Shown piece by piece: positions 40,301 to 49,100 of a DNA stretch of 64,000 nt. Position numbers and translations under genes: made by a program. Every line of letters begins with the position of its first letter. The stretch's first letter is position 1. Under the pieces are notes generated by a model. It was given only the letters and a program-made list of their open reading frames with translations. It was not told the DNA's origin and did not search any database. Origin of the DNA: Antedon mediterranea. Taxonomy: Eukaryota; Animalia; Echinodermata. The stretch covers positions 16,726,795-16,790,794 of the forward strand of contig NC_092670.1 of assembly GCF_964355755.1 (NCBI RefSeq), written 5' to 3'.

Positions 40301-42939
40301 CATTCATGACAGGTGCTTACATTCTGTAATTCTTTAAATTCTAAAATTATTTTGAAACAGCCTTAAGGCTCACAGTGGCATATCTTAACAAATTTGATTA
40401 AATTTATTTTATTCTGTAAAACGATTATAGGGCTGTTTCAAATAATTGATCTACTAAACACCATTGGCATGCAAATATGATAATCCCAGTTTTTGCCCCA
40501 ACCAAAAAGTTTTCATTTTTAATCCTAACTCTATGGCATGACATCTTGGCCTATCAGGTATCCAGTATATCTAGAAGTACTTTTATTAGCCTACTCTTGT
40601 TGAACTTCATAGCAAGAGACCTACTCTATATAGCATGTTCATTGTTAGGATCTTTAATCTATGGATGTGGGGATATTTAAATCCATTAGAGTAATAAAAG
40701 GACATCATTAGTATTAGATGTAGAAGTGCATGTAACTAGTGATGTAGCATCATTTATATGCATGTTACCAGAGAATATTTCATGCGACATACAAATAGAA
40801 AAATGTACTGTAGCATGATGTACATATCAAATCTGCATCGTGAGAGCTCTGTCTTTCTAAAAAGTCAGCAACATCAGCTGTTTAAGTGCATGTTGGCAAA
40901 TTAGGATATTTAGCTATACTACATATACCATAGCTCAATATGATATAGCAGAGAAGACAATTATAGATAGCTTACCTTTTCGCACTCATTTCTTTCACAT
41001 TCATACTAAACCTGTCTTGTTTAAAATTACAAAGTATTTAATAAATTATAAATCCAGTTTAGTAACAAAAAGTATTTTTCCCAAAATTTGAATGTCAGAT
41101 TGGAGATAAACTCCTCGCATCCAGTCGCTGTGCTCATGATTGCTACATATTTTAGTAGTAGAAATCTTTTTTTTTTCTTTTAAGAATTTTGAATATATAT
41201 TTATTAGTAATAATAATTGGTCAGCATCATCTTTATCATAATTACCCAACATCTTCATCAATATCATACAATCGTTGTTATTGACATTTCTAGCTAATTT
41301 AATAATTTGATTGATGTGTGAGCTGTTTTTATTTAGAATGCAAAATATAACACATTAAAATATTGCACTGTGGAGTGTTCTTAACTTGTTCAGGCTGTAG
41401 GCCTTTCCAATTGGATGTAAATGTTCCATTAACTCTATCTTTTAAAAATACAACTCAAAAAAATTGCCTCACTCAATTTTTCTTATCATTTAAGCAAAAA
41501 AAAAATATTACAATGTAAAACTACCGCACCTATGAAGTGAAATACTGGAGTTGGAGCAATTGGCCATTTTTCCAGATAATTCCTTTTTTTTTCTTTTATT
41601 TTTAGCTGTTTTGAAAAAAATGCGTTTCCTATTTTTTTGCATTTTTAACCTTGCCTAAATGCTATAGAAATTAATTAAATGGCTATTGATTTGCATGTAG
41701 AGAAATAATGGTTTAAAAATTGCTTATTGCTAGAATAGTAATAGCAGATCAGTAGAATTGGGTCATAGGTTAAAGGTTGTAGGTTGAATATTTTTTTTTA
41801 TAAAGTTGGTGTGAGGTTTTGCTGCTCATTTCGTTTAATTCTGTGAGTTATTATTTGTTATATATTATATTTTTAGTAACAAAAGCCTGAACAAAGATCC
41901 TATAAAATTAAAATAATCACCAAAATTACTATTGTTGTAAGACCAAACTGTTCATTTTTATTTGAAATAAAATATTAACCTACTATAGTACCATATTTTA
42001 AACGTTTACAAACAATATTATTGAATTACATATTTTGCACACAGCCCTTTAAAAACAAACAAAATCACAGTGCATTTTATTATCATGCTTTTATTTCATA
42101 CTCGCTTGTTAAATATTGATATAGTAGTTATATATTTTATTGATTTTTTTGTGTATTAAATTCATAGTAGTAGTGTAATTGTTTACAGTCAGACTCTGGA
42201 GAGAAAAAAAAACATTAGAAAAACAATGCGACAGAAACTTAAAATCTTAAAATTATCAAAAATGTATCATCAAATTTTAAATTTCTTTTCTCCACTGTCT
42301 GACTGAAAGCTAAGTGTAGTATGTATAATTACACAGCATGCATTGCATATTATTTGTATAATTATGCTGATTATAAATATATATAGTGTATTTTGAATTT
42401 TTTTTATTCAATATAATTTGTATTAATAAAAATGCTAAATATATAATACTCATATTACTGATCTGACTGGCTGCCCACCCTCTTTAAGGCCAATTTACAC
42501 AGACGAGCGTTAACGGTAAGCGAAAAAAAAACTGCGTGCTTGACCAATGTATATATTATGAGCGAGCTATCGCTGAACTGCCCCCGTCAGTTCCACGTTT
42601 TGGGTAAATTGTCATAAAAAATAACATACTGTACTTTTGTTTTCCGTTTACCACTTACCATTACCGCTCATCTGTGTAAATTGGCCTTTAATGGGTCATC
42701 CTATAGCAACATTATTTACTTATTAAGAATTCATTTTTAGACTTTATACCCATACCAAGACATAACAATTCAGTGTAATAATTTCATCTGTATTACAATA
42801 GTACATTTTTCAAATACTATACTGGTAACACCTTCATTTATTTATATTTTTTAGGTCAACAATTGCTGAAATCAACAGTTATGAGAACCCATGGCCAGTT
42901 AGCACAGAAGAATTTGAGCCTCCACGAACAACATTATAG
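3648..42939 (+). CDS. 5'-partial multi-exon gene for a large type I transmembrane EGF-repeat/CUB protein (fibropellin/Notch-like ectodomain): >=34 EGF - CUB - 11 EGF - TM - cytoplasmic tail
   Basis: 46 GT-AG exons with compatible phases: 3648-3761, 4080-4193, 5094-5204, 7166-7279, 7887-8000, 8516-8629, 11681-11794, 12155-12265, 13182-13295, 13551-13664, 14225-14338, 15653-15766, 17340-17453, 17865-17978, 19196-19309, 20189-20302, 21183-21293, 21607-21720, 22237-22350, 22544-22657, 23551-23664, 24157-24270, 25045-25272, 25726-25839, 26714-26827, 27288-27401, 28283-28396, 28582-28695, 29387-29500, 29788-29901, 30264-30377, 30699-30812, 31199-31312, 31890-32246 (CUB), 32724-32840, 33735-33851, 34246-34359, 34648-34767, 35402-35512, 36197-36313, 36527-36748, 37306-37419, 37870-38082, 39214-39334 (TM), 40070-40312, 42855-42939 (stop TAG). 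About 1970 aa in the window. No start codon or signal peptide seen. Confidence 0.88.
4222..4972. repeat. 30-bp minisatellite (~25 copies)
   Basis: Unit GTGTTACCATTTACA(C/T)AGTACATGGTGTCA. Confidence 0.97.
5278..5814. mobile_element. Non-autonomous DNA transposon with TTAA target duplication (Kolobok/T2-MITE-like)
   Basis: TTAA|AGATGTATTGTCCC...GGGACAATACATCT|TTAA. Related copy at 21770-22111, single ends at ~45645-45663 and ~51957-51980. Confidence 0.8.
5923..6895. repeat. 123-bp pyrimidine-rich tandem repeat (~8 copies)
   Basis: TGTACCCCTCTTCTCTCTG recurs at 5923, 6046, 6169 and onward. Confidence 0.95.
8001..8085 (+). repeat. 25-bp tandem repeat x3 beginning at a 5' splice site
   Basis: GTATGTATGTAATGTGATTACATGG three times, then GTTTGTATGT. 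Confidence 0.9.
8181..8269. mobile_element. Very short MITE or internally deleted DNA transposon
   Basis: TAAAGCTTGGTTCCCACTAG...CTAGTGGGAACCACGCTTTA, a 19/20 inverted match. Confidence 0.7.
10440..11110. repeat. CAT-derived array with a 45-bp unit built of 9-bp subunits
   Basis: TTCTCATCATTGTCATCATTCTTATCATTCTCATCATTTTATTCA about 8 times, then degenerate. Confidence 0.93.
12735..13136. repeat. 9-bp (CATTCTCAT/CAC) minisatellite
   Basis: Direct reading; it explains the His/Ser/Ile-rich spurious ORFs. Confidence 0.93.
16166..17322. repeat. 105-bp tandem repeat (11 copies) abutting the acceptor of exon 17340
   Basis: CAGTGAGTGCTCATAGCC recurs at 16166, 16271, 16376 and onward. Confidence 0.96.
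18150..19100. repeat. ATTC-derived array with a 52-bp core unit
   Basis: ATTCATTCACATCAATCATTCATTTCATTCACTTCAATCAATTATTCATTTG at 18271, 18323 and onward, with degenerate flanks. Confidence 0.9.
19515..20070 (+). mobile_element. 5'-truncated L2-clade LINE remnant
   Basis: Translates [71 protein letters not shown], typical of the L2 ORF2 C-terminus. A WNSLP motif and an (AAT)n tail follow. Confidence 0.85.
20690..21045 (+). mobile_element. Degenerate LINE 3' end (CR1/L2 group)
   Basis: Frameshifted CRTE...[13 protein letters not shown] followed by an (AATA)n tail. Confidence 0.5.
21770..22111. mobile_element. Second TTAA-flanked Kolobok-like MITE
   Basis: TTAAAGATGTATTGTCCCC...GGGGACAACATCTTTAA. 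Confidence 0.72.
22670..23010 (-). mobile_element. LINE 3' remnant
   Basis: Minus strand reads [26 protein letters not shown], resembling the C-terminal RTxRYxxSFxP motif of CR1/L2/Rex-group ORF2. Confidence 0.5.
26545..26645 (-). mobile_element. CR1-like LINE C-terminal fragment
   Basis: Minus strand [28 protein letters not shown] matches the WNxLPxxVVxAxSVxxFKxxLD pattern. Confidence 0.55.
28035..28232. mobile_element. hAT-like MITE remnant
   Basis: Imperfect ends CAGTGGTGTAAC...GTTGCGCACCTG with internal GGCCCC motifs. A related fragment lies at ~16117-16185. Confidence 0.45.
28701..28842. mobile_element. ~140-bp MITE family, at least 7 copies in the window
   Basis: TIR TAAAGCTCTGTCTACACYATCAAA. 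Other copies at ~10195-10355, 14080-14195, 17725-17815, 29575-29700, 31372-31502 and 50505-50647. Confidence 0.85.
30836..31095 (+). mobile_element. tRNA-derived SINE (decayed)
   Basis: A-box-like TGACCAAGTGG and B-box-like GGTTCAAGGC, then TCTTCTC.GATA.GGACTATAAAC, shared with copies at ~48935-49190 (+) and ~27630-27905 (-). Confidence 0.6.
31890..32246 (+). CDS. CUB domain exon
   Basis: 357-nt phase 1-1 exon: TGCDQVF...[20 protein letters not shown]...[19 protein letters not shown]...[36 protein letters not shown], matching CUB hallmarks SPNYP, CxW, F-x-S/T-D, GF. Confidence 0.92.
32724..38082 (+). CDS. Nine exons encoding 11 membrane-proximal, mostly non-Ca-binding EGF repeats
   Basis: Phase-1 exons of 111-222 nt with the six-Cys EGF pattern. 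Most lack DINE. Exons 36527-36748 and 37870-38082 carry two EGFs each, the second starting DDVDEC. Confidence 0.85.
38135..38965. repeat. (ATC/ATT)-derived low-complexity array
   Basis: Recurrent TTGCCATCACATTATTATCATCATCA / ATGATCATT units. Confidence 0.92.
39214..39334 (+). CDS. Transmembrane exon of the EGF/CUB receptor
   Basis: Acceptor ttgttacag, donor AA|gtaagt. Encodes [40 protein letters not shown], followed by DRR in the next exon (stop-transfer). Confidence 0.88.
40070..42939 (+). CDS. Two cytoplasmic-tail exons (40070-40312, 42855-42939)
   Basis: Phase-2 junctions join in frame: [16 protein letters not shown]...ENEYGFIPP...PSIHDR|[33 protein letters not shown] at ~43211 and ~43631. 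Confidence 0.78.
42487..42687. mobile_element. PIF/Harbinger-like MITE with TTA target duplication
   Basis: TTA|AGGCCAATTTACACAGA...TCTGTGTAAATTGGCCT|TTA. Related copies at ~12455-12630 and ~61495-61682. Confidence 0.8.
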
Positions 42940-45900
42940 TCTACTGTCAAAACGTTCTTTTTTTCCTACATCTATAATTTACAACTATTTTACTGGACTA
43001 TAGTGTTATGTTTGTATATTTGAGTAATGAAGACAATTCAAGCCAATACTTAAGTGTCAACTTAATGTTGACTGCCTGCTGTCGTATCTGGTAGTTTCCA
43101 GGCATTGATGATGTGCTGGTTTCAAATGTGCCTTCTTTACTTTACATTTATATTTCTATCAGTGTCAATTGTGTAGATAATGAAGGGCATATCTGTGTCT
43201 TGCAAAATGAAATAAAATATATATTAAGCTGTAAATACTTAATTTGATAATCATTTTTTAATTATTGATTTTAAATATTTTATTAATTACAAATAATTTT
43301 TAGTTGTGAAGAAGCTATCTTCATATTAAATAGAATTTAGTTGATTTTGCTACACAGCATTCAAGACTATGAGGCTGTATGACAAAAAAAAAACAATTAT
43401 GGTAGCTGTGCAATCTATGACAACACAGATTGTGGCAAGTTGTTTTGTAGTCTTTGTGTAGGAATGTTTTCAAAAAAGATTAATTAAGAACTGTTTTTAT
43501 ACGATGATTGTGGTTTTTAACTAATGTTGTTATTTTGTTATGGTGAAGGAACCAACATTTGTTGAATATATAATCTATTGTAAATACTGTATAAATTATG
43601 GAGTGTAAATTCTATTTTATTTGTAAAAAGAATAAAATACACTTTTAAAGAATATAATTAACTTTTTTAAACACCTTGATATATTTGCTTCTATTCCTTT
43701 TGAAATTACCTATTCCTCGTAACAATAGCAAAATAGCATTTGCCATGTATTAGTACATACAGTATTAAGTATAGTAACTGGGTTATTAGGTAAGCTGTAG
43801 TCAAAAGCTCTATTGCTGCATTGTATTTGACATTTTGAATAGTTTGAAATTAAATGGGTTAAACCATTTGGGTTAAACCAAATGGGTTAAACCATTTTCA
43901 AGACCTTAGAATCCAATCCGTCCAATTTATTATTCTTGTGAAAGTGAGAAATTGTTGTTTTTTATAAATTTATTGTTAATATTTCAAATTTAAAAGTGTG
44001 CTTTCGATAGTAATCATTCTATAAATTTCATAAATAAATTAAACAATTTTTCTTATTTTATTTACTGTACAACATTTGTTTTTTCAAATGTTTTAATCAA
44101 GTTTGAAGTTTAGATCAATTCAAAAGTACAGACCGTTGTAAAAAAATAAATGTTATTCTGTTTATGGGATGAATATATACACAGATACTGTATAATAGAT
44201 AAATAATGTGTTAAATTTGTATTGAAATGCAAAATGTCAGTAGTGGGTTTTAGTTTCAAATTTCTCATTGTTAAGCCTGCCAGCAGCCTAAGTGAACACA
44301 TTGTTGGGTTCCAAAGGTGTCCCCCCAATAGGGGTTCAACTGTAGTGTTTTTGTACATAACAACAGGCCCTTGAAATGTGAAAGTATTAATACACAGTAT
44401 AATGCAATCATATATTTTCATCAGAATTGTATTTTAATATTATTGCTAATTGTGGTGTTCCAAATATATACTTAATGATTTATTAATCAACACAGTACTT
44501 AATTATTTAATTGCTTACTTAAAATAATTTAATTTGGTAAGGTGTATTACTTTTATGAAAAAGGATAAGGGATAAAATATTTTATAATATTCTTATTTAC
44601 TTTGATTTTAATTAAATTAATTCTGTAGTTATGGATGTGTAGAACATGTCATTATTACTTCTGTATTCAACTTTTCTGTGGTATTTATGCATTAAATGCT
44701 AATTCTAATGATAACTAACAAGTGATTGATACTCCATACAATTTGCTGGGGTTTTGTGTACTATACATATTATCCTAGTTTGCTGAGTGTTCATTTTTAA
44801 GCTGCGCTTTTAAGATGGTTTATGCAAATCAATTTATCAATAAAGGCATACATTGTTCCTTTGTATTGATTACTATAAAAATATGGAAATAAAGGTTTGA
44901 ATTGAGATTTTAAAGAAAGTGTTTGTATGTCATGTCATTGTTTTCATTAGAGTTAAAATCTATATTATGTAGTACAGTGTAAACCATCAATTGGAAGACC
45001 CCCCCCCCCCTCCCATTAAGAAATGTTGTCGTACATGACCCCTCATAAAACGTAAGAAAAAAAATGTCACAGCCGGGACACCTCTATCCAGGGGACACTT
45101 TCTTGTGTAACAACTAAGAGCAATATGTGTTTTAACACTACAGCCAATTAAAGGGACACAATTAATAATAGCGGTTCTGCATTTGAAAAAACAAAATTAA
45201 TGTTCAATGAAAAAAAAGGTTATGAATGATCGATCTATGATTTAGTAGTCAATCTTTTTATAAGTTATAAACAAAATATACCTCTTTCCTGTCAGCATTT
45301 TTTCTTCCAATTTTCCCATCTTCTAAAGTTATATAACTTACACATAAAATAAATATAAATTAAATTTGGATAACTACAACCTGTTGTCGACAGGGCTTAA
45401 AGGTTGGTAATTAATTTCATTAATCAATTTTATATATAGATAGATATATATATATCAGTCCAAAGGCAAATTACTGAACAAATGACAAGCTGTGGGTATG
45501 TCATTTTAAGTCACATAATATTATTCACCAAAAAAATTTACAAAGGTTTGAGGATTTTTTTTTACAGAAGTCAATAACTTTATTAAAACTACAAAATGGC
45601 CTATTTAAAGTCTGATTTATTAATCTTCATTTTTCATGTTTTTTGGAGACAATACATCTTTAAATCTAAGTATGTGCATAGTTTTAGTAGGCCACTGTAT
45701 ACAAATAGCCCCGACAATAGTAAATTGGTATTATATTGTTATTTAAAGTACAGTCGAGTACTTGAGTACTTAGTTCTGATTGGTTGGTAAGTTTTCAGCC
45801 GCAACCGTCAGAATCCGTATTCTTATATGTTCTATGCCTAGTCTCCCAGTACCAGATTTCTTTTTTGCATTGTAATGTTTATTAAAATCTCTAAAATTTT

Positions 45901-46133
45901 ACCAAGCAGTTTGATTGAACATGTATTTCTTTTAAATAAGCGCTGATTTCCTGTAAATATTTTAGATGTGTAATATTCTAGCCTTCTAAAAAAATTATAT
46001 TTGGGTTGATTTTTTATTATACCAATTTGGTACTAAAATTATACCTCCAAATTGAGGACAACAATGAAGAAGCGAGCTAAACAACTGTAGTTTCCGCAAC
46101 TAGCTTATGGTTTAGTTGCTTTGTTTTCAAATT

Positions 46134-49100
46134 ATGAGCCTCCAAAGCTGCCCACATTTAGGCACCTTTAAGGCGAATAAAGGAACAAGGCCATATTCAA
46201 TAATACATAGATATTTTGTTGCCTGTTCTTCCGTGGAAGCTCGAGAAAGAAAGGTAAGTAGCCAATGGCTAAGCCTAGCTAGATAGCTCCTCCCCTCTAT
46301 TTTCATTCAAGGCAGGGAGGCCTGACCGGACCCATCCTCCCTCTAATCCTAGGCCAAGAGTAGTATTATAAGCTTGCCCAACAAAGGCTAGTAGTATGAC
46401 CCAACGTCTACAAAATATGAAAGTCTCTTAAACTGTAAACGCTACTACTTTACTGTGGAGATGAGATAATAAATTATAAAAATGATACTGGGCAATTTCA
46501 ATCAATGATTTCCATTGTCTCGACATAGTCTAACCATAGAGATATTATAATAATAGCAATATACATCAAATCTTTTTTCTTTTTCAGGCAAAAGTTTCTA
46601 AATGTAACACATGTTATCGTCATGATGGTCGGCTTCACGCCTGTCTTCAGTGCATATACTTTGGATGCTACAACAGAGGGCACATTCATGATCATGCTAA
46701 ATTAAATCAACACAACTTAGGTAAACAAGAGATTCCATCCATTATTGTTAAAATTTATATTCTAATGCATCCTGGTTTCAATGTGGGTGTGGTCAACAGT
46801 GCAAGTTCCTGCTCCCTGATCCACCACCTAAATCTGCAGTGAAAGTAATTGATTGGTTTTAGAAGAGAGTTAGTATTTTTATTGTGTTATGAATGATAAT
46901 CATTTTGTTGTTGTTGTTTTATTTTCTCAGCTGTGGACTTGGCATATGGTGCTGTTTATTGCTGTGCTTGCAGAGATTATATTTATGATCAAGAATTAGA
47001 GGAAGCTAATGAAAAGTTTAAATTACAAGGTGCATTTCATTGAATTTCTGCAGAAATTTGTGGGCTAGAAGGTCAAATAAATGCAATGTATTTTGTACAA
47101 CACTGTAACTAATAAACAAAACGGAAACACAAAACACACCGCTTAGCACCAGATTATTTTTTATCTTTAAGAAGGAACTGAATAGTAAAATAGTCATGAA
47201 CAGAAATATTTGTCACACTCCCTGGAATTAAATATCATCTACTTATTTAATATAATGCTAACTGAAGTTTTTGTTTGTTCTTTTATCTTAAGAATCTGCA
47301 TCTCATCTAAGTATAGACAAGTTTTCCTTTTGGGAGGCCTCGGAGCGTGAAGTTGATTTACTGCTACGAAATCCAAAGCGAAGAAAAATTACAGATAACT
47401 CAACAATAGGCAAGTATTTTCTGTATACGTAGTAAGTTATTAATTTTCATTTCATTTATGTAAATAAATGGAAATTCCCAATCGGCTCATATTTTCGTAC
47501 TATGAGTTCCATTTGGCCAATATTTTTGTCAAACACATGTTGACCAATTTCTCAACTAATTTTCTTTTTTCTTTAAAGGTCTTCTAGGCTTGATAAATTT
47601 AGGTAATACTTGTTTTATGAACTGTATAGTACAAGCTCTAACCCACACACCTCTGCTACGAGATTACTTCTTATCTGATCGTCACCAATGCCAAATGCTA
47701 GAGCATGGCCAATGTTTAGTATGTGAGATGTCAAAACTATTCCAAGAGGTATGTTTTTAATTTATTTATGTACATTTGATATTAGCTTGTTTAATAATTC
47801 ATTCATTCAATCTTTTATTTCAAAATCTCGGGTCTATATAGAAAGTAAAATTACATTCAATAAACAAGACTGTACTAATTACTAACTACTCATCTCCGGA
47901 TGGCATTCCACCTGGAGAGCATCTTTGACTTGCTGTGTATAAAACGTACACAATAACTGTTTCACTTGAATTGAATCTACACATCCATATATATCGATTT
48001 ATAATAATAACCAAACAATTTTCATTTTATAGTTTTACTCAGGTAGACGCCATGTACACATTCCATATCGTTTGCTGCATCTAGTGTGGACGCATGCTAG
48101 GCATTTAGCAGGTTATGAACAGCAAGATGCGCATGAATTCTTTATAGCAGCATTAGATGTTCTACATAGACACTGCAAAGGTAAGTTGCAGGTTCACATC
48201 ATTCCCAGTATTGGTATCTCTCCTCTCAGTGATGTAACCACAAAAAATAAAGTGGTGCGGTTTTTGCAAGAAAAGGGAACAATCTCTGTTCAAGTCACTG
48301 AGTTTTTCTGTGAACAAGTGGTCAGGTTGAAACCTTACCCAATCGTACTAATGGCTATAGCCCTAACTCTTGACCCTCAGCACTCCACTTCAATTGTGTT
48401 TATTTTTATGTAATTTTTTTCAGAAGGAAATAACATTTTTGTATGGAATTGTCTTTTGTATCTTTCAGGTCACAATGGAGTGCGTAGCAGTAACCCAAGC
48501 AATTGTAATTGTATTATTGACCAAATATTTACAGGTGGTCTGCAGTCAGATGTCACTTGTCAAGTATGCAGGTATACAAATCACTTTGTAGCATATAACG
48601 AGCTTTGCACGTTTATTGTGTCTACTGGCGCTTGATATGAAAACAATTCTGGAACATCCGCACATACGTTAGTCGCTAAACAGTCATCAATTGTTCGAGT
48701 CTATGTTCATCCAATAATAATATTCACTCTAAAACCAGAAAGTCTCTCAAAATCAGAGGTCCAAAATGTTTTGTTTACCATTAAAAATACCACCATTTCT
48801 CGAAAACTATATTATGCCAGCAGTCCAAGAGTGTCCAGTTTTGGGAGAGTTCACTGTAAGTCAACTAGGCCGAGCAGTTAACTGGGGCACCCTTTACTGT
48901 ACCTAAAGAGCCAACAATGTCGGCATAGATTTGAGGCCGACTAGCTCCTAGTTCTGGTGGTGGAGCAAGTCTTCTCGGATAAGGACTATAAACTGTAGGT
49001 CCAGTGTACACAGTTATAACCCATGTGCACTTTAAAGAACCCAGTTCATTCGAGACGAGTAGGAGCTTACTCTGGTGAACTGGTTCACAAAATAGCCCCT

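Noticed and set aside
3648-42939. Calling the gene Notch, Crumbs, Delta/Jagged or fibropellin-1
   Set aside because: No LNR/NOD, ankyrin, LamG, VWC or avidin domain in the visible part, and a CUB plus TM with a distinct tail are present. The N-terminus is unseen, so no symbol is assigned.
43852-43898. GGGTTAAACC repeats as telomeric seed or regulatory palindrome
   Set aside because: Only three short units, not TTAGGG arrays, and no supporting context.
43700-46000. Short intergenic ORFs (44110-44421, 45596-45790)
   Set aside because: No recognisable domains. They overlap MITE remnants and have AT-rich non-coding composition.
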